A DNA stretch of 64,000 nt from IMGVR_UViG_3300017963_000190:124001-188000, one strand, 5' to 3'. Shown: positions 47,856 through 57,646, numbered from the stretch's first letter. Numbers and translations: made by a program. Notes: a model not told the origin generated them from the letters alone.

Positions 47856-50582
47856 TCAGCAGCTAGTGTACCCGCATGATTCACACCACGGGCATTTTCC
47901 TGGTATTTGCACGTAAGCAGCTATACCACAGTCTGGGCAAATGTCTGGGTGGGCGCCTACTATGCTGTCTGTGTTCTCAGAGCTGTCAAACGCGCTTGTG
48001 CTTCCTTTACTCTTCACTATAGTGCTGATTTCTGGACCGGTCTCGTCTTTACCAGTTATCTCTTGGATGAAGTCTTCGAGTCGATCCTCTCCAAGGGGTA
48101 TATTTGACAGCGGGAAATTCCCGGACAAGTAGTCGTGGATGATCTGCGCTATTCCGTCTGGAAGGGATATCACCTGGTTCGTGCCGAATCCTACAGACCC
48201 CTTTCCCGGAATCTTGTGTAGTTGGTCTCTGATAATCTCCAGTCTTGTTTCCTGGGAGATGTATTCCCCGTTTGGCCAGCGTAGGATGGCAGACACGAGC
48301 CTTCCTAATGCTTGTACGTCTGCGGATACATCTCCTTTGCCGCTGACGAGGAACATGTCGTACGGGTCACCGCTTTTTGGATGCATGCGTATAGTTCCAT
48401 GTACCCTCCCCACCGGGGTGTCCTTGCTGTGGGTAACGCTCAAACCAAAGTCGATTTTGGGTCGTAGATCCCCAATGCTTGGATTTTTGTACTCGTCCAC
48501 TACCTGCACCGGTATGTACCCGTCATCCCCCTCGGTTTCCTCAGTCTCCGCTGACTTATAGTAGAGAACTTGCCTGTCCCGCGACTCGTCTCGATACACC
48601 GTTCCACCTTTGCACCCGAGCTCGTACATTAGCATGTAGGCCGATGCTACATCTTGTTTGGTAGCTGAGTTGGGGAGGTTGACCGTCTTAGAGATGGATG
48701 CGTCCACCCATTTTTGCGCGGTAGCTTGTGTTCTTACATGCTCTTCAGGAGTGATGTCTTTAGTGGTCACAAAATAGTCTGGAGAGTTGTCGCCGAATTG
48801 CTGGCGTATCTCTCCAAGCACACTGGCCTCTTCGTTTGCAGATCCTATACGGCTCCTGGCGATCCATGAGGGAAGGAAGTAAGGCTCGATTCCTGTAGTG
48901 GTGTTGAGCATCGTTCCCACAGATCCTGTAGGTGCCACAGTATTGAGTGTGACGTTTCTGACTCCATGCTGACGGATGTCAGTTACGAGATTGTGGTCCT
49001 CTTGTAGAGTTTGTATGAAACCGGAGCTGACAAATTTTCCTGCATCGAATTTAGGGAAAGGCCCGCGTTCCATCGCGAGCTCACAGGAGGCACGGTAGCT
49101 TTCTGTAGCTAGCAGGCGGAACAGCCAGTCGGTGAATACGAGCGCTTGCTCGGATCCGTATCGTAGCCCTAGTCGTATGAGCATCTCTCCGTAGCCAAGG
49201 ATACCTAGTCCTACTCGCCTCTCTGATTTTTGCTGCGCCTCGATCTTCGGGTCGTGGTACACGTTAAGATCGGTGACGTTGTCTAGGAAGCGTACTCCCA
49301 TGTGAACCGCACGTATGAAGTCTTCCGACTGGAACGATTCCATCGCCTCTGCGGCGGCAACTTCTTGTGGGGGTAACTTACCAAGATGCACGAACTGCGA
49401 AAGGTTGAGGTGAGCTAGATTGCAGATACCATATGGGGGCAAGAATTGCTCGCCACATGGATTTGTGCAGGTAAGTCTATTATAGTAATAAGAGTTGGAC
49501 AGTTTGTTAGCACGCTCCAGAAAGAGGATCCCTGGTTCGCCACTTTCCCATGCGTGGTCGATGACAAGCTGCCATAGCTCCTTTGCCTTCATGGTTTGGA
49601 ACACTTTTATTGGACGTTCCTGCTGCCGCCATTTGTCGATGTTCCCATCCCATTCTTTATCATAGGACGGGTGTGTGATGTCGGGGAATACCAACTGCCA
49701 ATCATCGTCATTCTTTACGGCATTCATGAAATCATCGGATATCAGCACCGAGACATTTGAGTTTTCTAGGAGTCCTTTGTTGCGCGATATCGTCTGTCCC
49801 CCTGCTCTGAACTCCATCCGTTGCGCTTTCGCGGTGACGAACTCGATGATGTCTGGGTGCCAAATCCATAGGCCCTGAAGAGACGCCCCTCTCCTGGATC
49901 CCCCTTGTTCCACGGCCCCGGTTATTTGTGAGTATTGTTCCATCCAACTGACGGCGCCGCTTGATCGCCCATTCACCTTCCGCACCACCTCGCCGCGGGG
50001 TCTGTGTGTACTGTTATCCCATCCAATCCCACCACCTAGGCTGAATGTGTCGAATAACTGCTCCCAGTGCTTTGCTATCCCTTTTCTGGAATCGTGGGGA
50101 GCTGGAAACACGTAGCAGTTGAAAAAAGTGAGCGTTCGATCCTTACAGCCAAGACCGGCCAGGATTCTCCCTGCTGGGATGAATCTTCGCTCTACCATCG
50201 CTTTGAATACCTCGTCCCTAAACGCTGTATTCTGCGGCTCGTCCGCTATGATTCCGTTGGATACCCGACGGCAAACATCCTCGTAAGTTTTTTCTAGCAG
50301 CACTTCGATCTTGTCTCGTGGAACTGCTTTCGCCACCTCCCACTCATCTTCGTTTTTGTCGCGATCCACCAAGGCCACATCATACCGCCTATCTCCCGAC
50401 TCGCTCTCCACTATTCTCAGCACGCGCCCCAACTCCCTGGACTCGATTTTCTCGCCGTCTTTCTCGAACACCCGCTGCAGCGCAACAATCACATCGTCCC
50501 CATCCTGCACTTTAGTGGTAGCATCCTTACGCGCGTAGCGATCTGCTAGGATTCGATCTTGATAAGCACCCGATTGAGACAT
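47856..50582 (-). CDS. nrdJ: Class II (adenosylcobalamin-dependent) ribonucleotide reductase with C-terminal TSCPD-like and Zn-ribbon region
   Basis: FFNCYV, GGSRRGA, TNPCGEQ, TVAPTGS, TGIEP, QKWVDASISKTVN; C-terminal CPDCG...CESCGYTSC; no beta-subunit gene nearby. Confidence 0.93.
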   Translation of the reverse strand: MSQSGAYQDRILADRYARKDATTKVQDGDDVIVALQRVFEKDGEKIESRELGRVLRIVESESGDRRYDVALVDRDKNEDEWEVAKAVPRDKIEVLLEKTYEDVCRRVSNGIIADEPQNTAFRDEVFKAMVERRFIPAGRILAGLGCKDRTLTFFNCYVFPAPHDSRKGIAKHWEQLFDTFSLGGGIGWDNSTHRPRGEVVRKVNGRSSGAVSWMEQYSQITGAVEQGGSRRGASLQGLWIWHPDIIEFVTAKAQRMEFRAGGQTISRNKGLLENSNVSVLISDDFMNAVKNDDDWQLVFPDITHPSYDKEWDGNIDKWRQQERPIKVFQTMKAKELWQLVIDHAWESGEPGILFLERANKLSNSYYYNRLTCTNPCGEQFLPPYGICNLAHLNLSQFVHLGKLPPQEVAAAEAMESFQSEDFIRAVHMGVRFLDNVTDLNVYHDPKIEAQQKSERRVGLGILGYGEMLIRLGLRYGSEQALVFTDWLFRLLATESYRASCELAMERGPFPKFDAGKFVSSGFIQTLQEDHNLVTDIRQHGVRNVTLNTVAPTGSVGTMLNTTTGIEPYFLPSWIARSRIGSANEEASVLGEIRQQFGDNSPDYFVTTKDITPEEHVRTQATAQKWVDASISKTVNLPNSATKQDVASAYMLMYELGCKGGTVYRDESRDRQVLYYKSAETEETEGDDGYIPVQVVDEYKNPSIGDLRPKIDFGLSVTHSKDTPVGRVHGTIRMHPKSGDPYDMFLVSGKGDVSADVQALGRLVSAILRWPNGEYISQETRLEIIRDQLHKIPGKGSVGFGTNQVISLPDGIAQIIHDYLSGNFPLSNIPLGEDRLEDFIQEITGKDETGPEISTIVKSKGSTSAFDSSENTDSIVGAHPDICPDCGIAAYVQIPGKCPWCESCGYTSC

Positions 50583-50738
50583 GGGCCTCCTCGATTTATC
50601 GGCAGGAACTCGTAGCTGGGTATAAATGCGCTAAGGTTCCAAAACCGTTGATGTTTGCCGTAAGTTAGGGCACGAGGCCACCCGCCTCGACCCCTTCCTA
50701 TTACTTTACAAGATGTGCAGGAAATTTGGTGGGGTAGG

Positions 50739-50921
50739 CTACTGGCGTGCGCCGCAGTTTGGGCAGACGTCTACGTCGTGCCCGGGGTGCTTGACAGACC
50801 CGGTTCTAAACATGCGACGATTCATCGGCTGCCTGCAGTCTGGGCAGCTCGTTGAGCTTTCCTTTGTTGTGGCCGTCGACCCTTCGCGATCGTCATGCTT
50901 ATTTGGGTTTCTTCTTTTCAT
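50739..50921 (-). CDS. Small zinc-ribbon protein (TFIIB-like Zn finger)
   Basis: CPDCRQPM...DVCPNCG. Confidence 0.6.
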   Translation of the reverse strand: MKRRNPNKHDDREGSTATTKESSTSCPDCRQPMNRRMFRTGSVKHPGHDVDVCPNCGARQ

Positions 50922-51414
50922 TCTTTTTGGACTCCTTAGCAGGCGGCTCGGTTAGCAAGTCCATCAGCTTGTCCGCAGGTAGGTAGAGTGCCAGCTCCGT
51001 TCCCACGGGCCCCTTCGTGGGTTTGGTTTGACAGTCCAGCCGGATGAGCTTGTCTTTTTTGCGTGCGTTGGCAACGCGGATTACCTCGATACCCTGGGCA
51101 GGCGCAGCAGGTTCGGGTACCTCTTTGAGGGCTTGTTTGAGCTCCTGCGCTTCTTTTCGAGCATCAGTAAGCTGCGCTTTCAGGGCCTCGTTGTCCGCCG
51201 AAAGGTCGGACTGGCCCGTTTGGAGCTCGTTGATCCGGTCCCTTTGTTTTTGGACCTCTTGCTGCAGCGCAGCTACCTCAGGCGACTGCTCCGTTGTTTG
51301 CGGTGCTTGCTGTACTGGTGCTGGTTGATACACGTCGGTATGTTTCGCGCGGTCTGGGTGAAGCCGTGACATATCTCCGCGTTTTAGCCGCTGCATTCCT
51401 TTGTGCCCTTCCAT
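50899..51414 (-). CDS. Coiled-coil hypothetical protein (171 aa)
   Basis: GAGGAG RBS; heptad-rich middle. Confidence 0.65.
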   Translation of the reverse strand: MEGHKGMQRLKRGDMSRLHPDRAKHTDVYQPAPVQQAPQTTEQSPEVAALQQEVQKQRDRINELQTGQSDLSADNEALKAQLTDARKEAQELKQALKEVPEPAAPAQGIEVIRVANARKKDKLIRLDCQTKPTKGPVGTELALYLPADKLMDLLTEPPAKESKKNEKKKPK

Positions 51415-51431
51415 TTGGTTTCTCCTCGTTT

Positions 51432-51968
51432 TTAGGCTCTGTAGTGGGCCAGCTTGTGGTCGTGCGCATACTTGGCAACGTTGGCCGCGTCTACTTCATG
51501 TTCTGTTGGTAAGTCGACCCATTCTTCGTAGGTCCATATGTTGTATTTCTTTTTGACGGCGCCTTTGACGGTTCGTGTAGACAGCTGCACGTCGAAGTTT
51601 TTTGCTATCCACTTCTTGTGCTCTGAGGCGGTAACGAGTTCACAGGGGATCCGGTGGTGGCGACAGATCATCCGAGCCTGCCCAATCATCAGATTGACGA
51701 GCTCCATGTTCTTTACGGATCCCTTTCCAGGCCGTTGGTGGAAGCGTTCGATGCAACAGAGGTCTGGTTCCGTAAACCTCACCACGCGCTCGAAAAACGC
51801 TGCGGTGTGATCCAGTCTCGCAATCTCCTCTGCCCCTTCAATAACCCCATGATCTTCAAGACCTAGGTCTCCATAGATGGCCCAAGCAAAGTTTACCTTC
51901 CCTGGATCACAGCCCATGACCCTGAAATCTTGGTTGTACTCTGGATCTTCACTGGGGCGTAGTAGCAT
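51432..51968 (-). CDS. ruvC: RuvC-like Holliday junction resolvase; start uncertain
   Basis: VMGCDPG..NFAWA, CIERF, HEVDAANVA acidic catalytic pattern. Confidence 0.75.
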   Translation of the reverse strand: MLLRPSEDPEYNQDFRVMGCDPGKVNFAWAIYGDLGLEDHGVIEGAEEIARLDHTAAFFERVVRFTEPDLCCIERFHQRPGKGSVKNMELVNLMIGQARMICRHHRIPCELVTASEHKKWIAKNFDVQLSTRTVKGAVKKKYNIWTYEEWVDLPTEHEVDAANVAKYAHDHKLAHYRA

Positions 51969-52000
51969 AATGCAAAGGGTACTGCATGTAACGCTCGGCG

Positions 52001-52621
52001 TCAATAGGTGATGATGGCGGGTGGGTTGAGGGGAGTACCTATAGAAAGCGTGTGCCGCTTGTGCGCGTCGAATCTGCCGTAGAGTTCTTTGAGTGCCAGG
52101 ATAGAGGTGGGGAGGTCTGCAGCAACGACTACAACGCCATTGACTATGTCTGGGTTTGGGTGTGCCGCCCCTACTAGAATGTGAGCGTTGAAGTCGATTT
52201 GAAAATTTCCTATGAACGCGATAAGTGTAGGTAGGTCAATCGGATCCGCGGTCGTCATAAGGTTCGCGGTATCTTGGGCACTGTGGACGGCCACACTCAG
52301 CAGGTGATCGTTGAAAATTGTTTTTAGGTCAGATGCTGTCCTAAGCGCAGACGGGAGGTCGAATGCCCCGAACTCTGGGGGTATGTTGCCCTCGTCATTC
52401 ACGACGTGGCAGATGGTTAGGGGGCGTACAGTCAGTTGCCCTTTTTGCACATACGAGGCCAAATTCTGTTTTGCCCCTGGGGGCCAGTTTTTGAGCTCGT
52501 TCTGCAGGATTGTTGTCCACGCTTCAGGCTGCAGTTTTATGTATAATGGGCGACCCTGCGCACCAAGATAGCTTGTGGAGAATGAAATGAGGCTGTTGCC
52601 GACGTTTTGTATTTGAAGCAT
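52001..52621 (-). CDS. Putative virion protein with His-repeat helices, paralog of 52649-53272
   Basis: Aligns end to end with the neighbouring ORF. Confidence 0.65.
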   Translation of the reverse strand: MLQIQNVGNSLISFSTSYLGAQGRPLYIKLQPEAWTTILQNELKNWPPGAKQNLASYVQKGQLTVRPLTICHVVNDEGNIPPEFGAFDLPSALRTASDLKTIFNDHLLSVAVHSAQDTANLMTTADPIDLPTLIAFIGNFQIDFNAHILVGAAHPNPDIVNGVVVVAADLPTSILALKELYGRFDAHKRHTLSIGTPLNPPAIITY

Positions 52622-52648
52622 CGTTGTGATTCCTTATCCGAGCGTTTC

Positions 52649-53272
52649 TTAGTACGCGATGATTGCTCCGGGGTTAAGGATCGGTCCTCCAGCTGAGAAC
52701 TGCTTTTTGTGTCCGCTAAATCGTCCATAAAATTCTTTGATGGCTGCAATTGCTGTAGGGAGGTCTGTGTGTAGCGTGCTCACCGCATTCAGCACGTCAG
52801 CATTGGGGTGTACTCCAGCGGCTATGTGCGCGTTGAACTGTCCTTGTGCAGCTGTGATATATAGTAGCAACGTAGCCAAGTCGGTAGGGGTTGCTCCAGT
52901 GATCATGTTTCCGGCGTCTTGCGCTGTGTGCACCGCTTCGCTCAACACGTGTTCGTTGTACGCTTCAACGAAACCCATCATCGTGGAGATAGCAGAGGGT
53001 TCGTCAAACGCAGCAAACTCCGTGGGTATGTGCCCCTCATCATTGACCACGTGCACACATATTGCCTCGTTTACGAGCAGCTGTCCTTTCTGTACATAGT
53101 CAGCTACGTTCTGCTTCACACCGGAAGGCCAATTACGAAGCTCTTCCTGCATAATAAATGCGACTTCTCCGGACTTCAGTTTGATGTAAAGGGGCCTTCC
53201 TTGGGCTCCTGTGTAGCTTGTGGAGAATGAGATGAAGTAGTCGCCGATGTTTCGTATCTGAAGCATCGTCAT
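52649..53272 (-). CDS. Putative virion protein with His-repeat helices, paralog of 52001-52621
   Basis: Shared MLQI.N.G...ISFSTSY.GAQGRPLYIKL N-terminus; AAGGAG RBS. Confidence 0.65.
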   Translation of the reverse strand: MTMLQIRNIGDYFISFSTSYTGAQGRPLYIKLKSGEVAFIMQEELRNWPSGVKQNVADYVQKGQLLVNEAICVHVVNDEGHIPTEFAAFDEPSAISTMMGFVEAYNEHVLSEAVHTAQDAGNMITGATPTDLATLLLYITAAQGQFNAHIAAGVHPNADVLNAVSTLHTDLPTAIAAIKEFYGRFSGHKKQFSAGGPILNPGAIIAY

Positions 53273-53284
53273 AGCCTGGGCTCC

Positions 53285-54220
53285 TTATGCGGGAACGTTG
53301 ATGTAGGACTCGTGGTGCTGTACTAACCGGACTTCAAGGTCCCAGCTAGTAAGCTGTCCATGGGGTGCAAAATCTTTGGTGGAAACTATTTTCCAGCGCG
53401 TGTCCCCTTCGACAGAAATGAAGAAATCTTCTGTGGTGATCGATTTGATCTTGTTGTCTGTCCAACAATTAATGGTGCTGTAATCGTCGAAAACTCCCAG
53501 CTCTTGTAGAGCAATACTCTTGGCTGTTCTGGGGATGTTTACAACGATCAGGTTGTCCTCGAAATTCTGGTAACGCAGGTAAACAGTTTTCAGAAGAGGC
53601 GATTCCTGAGCAGGGGACTGGCGTTCTAGCTCCACGCGGATGTCGACCCACGGATTAAATAGCCGTTGGGCCAGGTTGTCTTGGGTTAGTCCAACGTACG
53701 AAAGGTCGGAGGGTCCGCGCACAAAAGCTCTAAGGGTGGTGCCCTCTGGCATGTCGAAGCCCGCAGCTAGTGCGTCTACAACCCCAATATTGCTCGTTAA
53801 TCGTATTCTTGCTTCTAGGGATCCCTTACGTGCACCGTTAATTAGCTTGAACGGGATAGGCTTCCGACGTTTGTCCCAGTCTGGCATTATGTTAGAGAGG
53901 CGAAGACTGCCACGGGTGACGTCTATTACTTCCACTGTGGTGCCGTATTTTTCGTAGCCCCCTACCCATCCTACACCAAAGCAAGCACTACAGTGGCGGT
54001 CTGGGCTAGTTTCAATGTCAAAGCAGCTGCATCTCCTTGCTACGTTTAGTGCGCGAAAGAGCGCTACGTAGAGGGGGACAGTCTCCACCGCTTTCTTATT
54101 GCGTTCAGCTATTCTAGGGATCAGCTGCTCCGTGGCAATGTCGTGCGCATGGTGTGCTAGCACCTGCGACCCATCGGAAATGAGCGCGCGTTCCCCTGGC
54201 CTGTAGCTTCGTGTAGGCAC
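53285..54220 (-). CDS. Putative head-completion/neck protein with CxC...CxxC motif
   Basis: RRCSCFD...HCSACFGVGWVGGY and TRWKIV motifs resemble large-myophage neck proteins (from recall). Confidence 0.4.
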   Translation of the reverse strand: MPTRSYRPGERALISDGSQVLAHHAHDIATEQLIPRIAERNKKAVETVPLYVALFRALNVARRCSCFDIETSPDRHCSACFGVGWVGGYEKYGTTVEVIDVTRGSLRLSNIMPDWDKRRKPIPFKLINGARKGSLEARIRLTSNIGVVDALAAGFDMPEGTTLRAFVRGPSDLSYVGLTQDNLAQRLFNPWVDIRVELERQSPAQESPLLKTVYLRYQNFEDNLIVVNIPRTAKSIALQELGVFDDYSTINCWTDNKIKSITTEDFFISVEGDTRWKIVSTKDFAPHGQLTSWDLEVRLVQHHESYINVPA

Positions 54221-54241
54221 AGTCTCTCCACAAACAATTTC

Positions 54242-54263
54242 GCTCTACTATGTTTAGTAGAGC
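54242..54263. promoter_or_regulatory. Perfect 9-bp inverted repeat at the divergent strand switch
   Basis: GCTCTACTA-TGTT-TAGTAGAGC. Confidence 0.5.
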
Positions 54264-54339
54264 AAAGTTCATTTATAGGTAACCTGATTCCCAGCAGTTC
54301 TTGTTACCTTCTATTATAGAGCAGTGAGGGAAAGTAGTT

Positions 54340-55515
54340 ATGCAGTTTACGCGAGCTACCCACGCTACGTTTGAGGCCGAGTTTGTGGACCAAGATGGAC
54401 AGCCTTTGGTTCGGGCTGATCCAGAATCCTATCCGGCAACCGTCGTGAAGGATCCTCAGGGTACCACAATTGCAACTGGCGTAGGGAAAAATCTTGGCGA
54501 CGGCAAATACCAGTGGAACTGGTTTGTCCCGGCCGACGCCGAGATTAATACGTTGGACTCTCCTTGGTCCATCAGTTGGTTCTTTCTCACCGATACCGGG
54601 CAGAACAAGGACTACCAAGAGACCTTCGATGTCGTCGACCAGATCGAGCCAGAGCCAGAAGAGCGCGCATGGACCTATCTATTACGGGAGAATTCTTCTG
54701 AGCGTCTATTCCTCAAACTGGATAAAATCCCGCAGTCTCTTAGTCTGACTATTTTGGATCCCAACAATAATCCGATGCACAGTGTTGAGGGGATAAGCGA
54801 CTCCGAGGCTCATGGTATGACGATTACGCCACTTCAGTACAGGAAGATCTCCTACCTGAAGAAAGATGGGGTCTATCACTTCTTCTTCGACACAGAGCCG
54901 TTAGCTGCGGGGGAGTATCTGATTTTCTGGCGTGTCCAGCAAGAAATCATTTCTCAGCCTTACGATGTGCAGCAGCTTTTGCGCGTGCCTATAATGCATT
55001 TCTGGCGGCTCAATCAGCCTCTGCGGATGCTAATTGATAAGCTGCAGAAGAAGATTGGGTGGGTGCAAGCCTATTCAGACGCAGATATTTACGAATACAT
55101 TTTGCGTGGTGTGGACATGGCCAATATTGTGCAGCCCACCACCAACTGGACTTTGGGTTCGATTCCTCAACAAGGGTCTCGTGGCGTAATCAACGCAGTC
55201 CTATTGTTTGCAGCGGTGTGGGGACTGAACGCGCAGCAGATCCTAGAGACCGAGTTGCAGTTCGATCATGGTGGTCAAACTGTACAGCTAACCTACAACC
55301 ACGATTACGGGGGAGTTCTAGGAAACATTAACGAATTGCTTGGTAAGTACGCAGAAAGCAAGCTGCACATCTACCGTATTGCTCAAGGGCCGGGCAGAGT
55401 AGGCGTGCGCCCGAAGAACTGGCGCTTTACTCAGAGAGTTTGGCGTGTCGATGACTGGGGAGCTGCTACAAGCCCCTACGATGTCAGCGTTTTGATGACG
55501 TCCTGCGGATTGTAG
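54340..55515 (+). CDS. Putative neck/head-tail adaptor with N-terminal Ig-like domains
   Basis: Beta-rich N-terminus (G.G.YQWNW.VP); helical adaptor-like C-terminus (LRMLIDK...YSDADIYEYI...LQFDHGGQTV). Confidence 0.4.
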   Translation: MQFTRATHATFEAEFVDQDGQPLVRADPESYPATVVKDPQGTTIATGVGKNLGDGKYQWNWFVPADAEINTLDSPWSISWFFLTDTGQNKDYQETFDVVDQIEPEPEERAWTYLLRENSSERLFLKLDKIPQSLSLTILDPNNNPMHSVEGISDSEAHGMTITPLQYRKISYLKKDGVYHFFFDTEPLAAGEYLIFWRVQQEIISQPYDVQQLLRVPIMHFWRLNQPLRMLIDKLQKKIGWVQAYSDADIYEYILRGVDMANIVQPTTNWTLGSIPQQGSRGVINAVLLFAAVWGLNAQQILETELQFDHGGQTVQLTYNHDYGGVLGNINELLGKYAESKLHIYRIAQGPGRVGVRPKNWRFTQRVWRVDDWGAATSPYDVSVLMTSCGL

Positions 55516-55542
55516 GGGACGTCATCGCAAAAGGAGTCCGAG

Positions 55543-56388
55543 ATGAAAGATTTTCAGCACATGAGTCTCCAGCAGATGGTGGACGAGAACGTCCCAATCT
55601 ACGTACGAAACAGGAGTGCACGGCAGCTCGACAAATCCCATATGCTGGTTATCGAGTTTCCAAACCCAGCAGGTGGACGTGGGTCAACAGTGGTGATTCC
55701 GGCGATCAAGTATCCCATCGATATCTCTCGCAAGGTAGCGCCTCCAGCGGCCATCCCAATGAGCCGCGCCTTTGTGGATTGGTTAAATAAGGGGGTACTT
55801 GAGCTCGTGGATCCAGATGAGGCCAGGCGTATTTTGGCTAAGCCTGAAGTACGCGCAGCCGTTGCTGCTGCCTACGAGAAATTGAACCGCAAACGTGGGG
55901 CGGGTCTGCAGCGCAAGAGACCGCAATTCAAGGTACGTCACGGAGGAGCCCGTGAGACCAGGTCGTATGCAGATCTAGATTCCGAGATGTCAGCGAAGAG
56001 TTTCTACGGGGATACTCCTGAAGAAGCCAAGCTGGAGTCTGAGATTGTGGCTCCGCAGGAGGCGCTTACTTTGGGAGAAGCTGATGCGAAGGTAAGCCCG
56101 AAGATTAAGCAGTTCTGCGCAGATCTCCTCGAAGAGCCAGAGCTCAAAAAGGATTTCCTGACCGAGCTCAAGAGTTGGGACGAGGATGAGCTAAGCGATG
56201 AGGAGCTCGGTTACATGATGCAGAATCTAGCTGCTTTCGAGAATATCGCTGCGTACCTCCGATCGTTGATGGCCCAGCGGGCCACCACAAAAGCAGAAGC
56301 TAAGCCCAAGAAAAAGGCACGTAAACCGCGTAGGTCGGCTCCCCCTCCATCAGAGCTTGATGACTTGGGCGACGACTGGCCAGAGTAG
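55543..56388 (+). CDS. Hypothetical protein (281 aa)
   Basis: AAGGAG RBS; ORF in operon context. Confidence 0.65.
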   Translation: MKDFQHMSLQQMVDENVPIYVRNRSARQLDKSHMLVIEFPNPAGGRGSTVVIPAIKYPIDISRKVAPPAAIPMSRAFVDWLNKGVLELVDPDEARRILAKPEVRAAVAAAYEKLNRKRGAGLQRKRPQFKVRHGGARETRSYADLDSEMSAKSFYGDTPEEAKLESEIVAPQEALTLGEADAKVSPKIKQFCADLLEEPELKKDFLTELKSWDEDELSDEELGYMMQNLAAFENIAAYLRSLMAQRATTKAEAKPKKKARKPRRSAPPPSELDDLGDDWPE

Positions 56389-56401
56389 GTGATAAAGGTC
56401 C

Positions 56402-57646
56402 ATGGCGAAAGTCAGCGAAGTAAAGCAAGTTCAGAACTTCTATAAGAAAAACAAGAAAAGTTTTCAGAATATAGAAGGTCTGGAGGCTGGTGCCACAGCC
56501 GGAACTAATTTTGGGTTCCTTGAGCGTGACTACACGGAGCCGCGCTCCGCAATGATAGTCACGAGCAAGGTGTGGCTGGCCCAGAATAAGTATATAGTTC
56601 TGTGGGTGAACCCCCGGGAAATGGGGTGGACTCTTGGTCGCAGGGAGGCCATTTCGAAAACAGCTACTGGGGTGGTACGCAACACCTGGAAAAACCGAGT
56701 TCGTGGTACCTACTACGATGAGCCTCTTTTGAATATCACCTTTCAAACGGGTAATATTCTTCCAGGAGTCACCGTTCCATCTAGCAGATTTGGTACGCGC
56801 GTTGTAGAATCCACTCCTGTTGCCACACCAAATGAGCAAGGGGTTATTGTAGACAGGTACGAAAAGGTTCGGAATAAGCGTGGTCCACTCCAAGCTGATC
56901 CAGCTGCAATCGCTGACATGATCAAGGCCCCTCCTGTTCCTCCCGGTCTGGAAAATTTTTACGATTTTTTGGGCCTGATCGACCAGGATGTTCTTGCTGG
57001 GAGTGGAGAAAATCGTCATATCCTTTTATACAGAACACGTGTTTTTCCACGAATGCGCTTGGAGGGCTATTTTCAGGGAGAGCTTAGCTTTACGGAGTCA
57101 GCCGACAACGCCAATCGGCTGACATGGAGCATGGCTTTTCAGGTGTACCATAGCATTCCTAGGTTCTACCATCCGTCGCAGCTGAAAGCTGCGTATTCGG
57201 ATGCGGTACGCACGCATGCTTTAAGCGATTTCCTGCCCAAGAGCTTCGACTTCAAGAAGTTTGATGAGGGTTTCACGGATGAGAAAGATCAGTATCTAAG
57301 CGACCCGACCACTTGGAACAAGAAGAAGATAGAGACCGATAAAGGAAGCGGTGCTCAGAAAAAGGGCAACGCTTTGGTGACCCCGGAAGGTTACACTGCT
57401 GCCGGTTGGAAAAAGAAGATCCAGAAGCAGAATAAGCAGACGTCGGATAACTACCAGAAGCAGCTCGAATCGCTTTCCAGGGTGTTTAACCTAGGGGAGC
57501 CTTTAAAGAGCAAACTCTTGAAGTACATGTCCGACCTGGAGAACCAGGCACTCGCCGATGGGAGCTACGTGCCTCGTAGTGTGGTGGATCAGCAAGCAAG
57601 GGCATGGTTGGCTTCCAACGATCCTGATGGTGACGGGCAGCTTTAG
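56402..57646 (+). CDS. Putative tail-tube-fold baseplate/initiator protein
   Basis: LWVNP.EM...SKTATG...ITFQTG...LEGYFQGELSFTESA...WSMAFQV pattern. Confidence 0.45.
   Translation: MAKVSEVKQVQNFYKKNKKSFQNIEGLEAGATAGTNFGFLERDYTEPRSAMIVTSKVWLAQNKYIVLWVNPREMGWTLGRREAISKTATGVVRNTWKNRVRGTYYDEPLLNITFQTGNILPGVTVPSSRFGTRVVESTPVATPNEQGVIVDRYEKVRNKRGPLQADPAAIADMIKAPPVPPGLENFYDFLGLIDQDVLAGSGENRHILLYRTRVFPRMRLEGYFQGELSFTESADNANRLTWSMAFQVYHSIPRFYHPSQLKAAYSDAVRTHALSDFLPKSFDFKKFDEGFTDEKDQYLSDPTTWNKKKIETDKGSGAQKKGNALVTPEGYTAAGWKKKIQKQNKQTSDNYQKQLESLSRVFNLGEPLKSKLLKYMSDLENQALADGSYVPRSVVDQQARAWLASNDPDGDGQL

Noticed and set aside
36729-50582. Inteins or introns in UvrD, DnaB or RNR
   Set aside because: Protein lengths and motif spacing are normal; no splicing or homing-endonuclease motifs seen
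50583-50713. Cobalamin riboswitch or NrdR box before nrdJ
   Set aside because: Lacks the B12-box and core consensus, and no NrdR-type palindrome was recognised
55155-55168. tRNA T-arm-like GGGTTCGATTCCTC
   Set aside because: Inside a CDS, with no acceptor, D or anticodon stems around it
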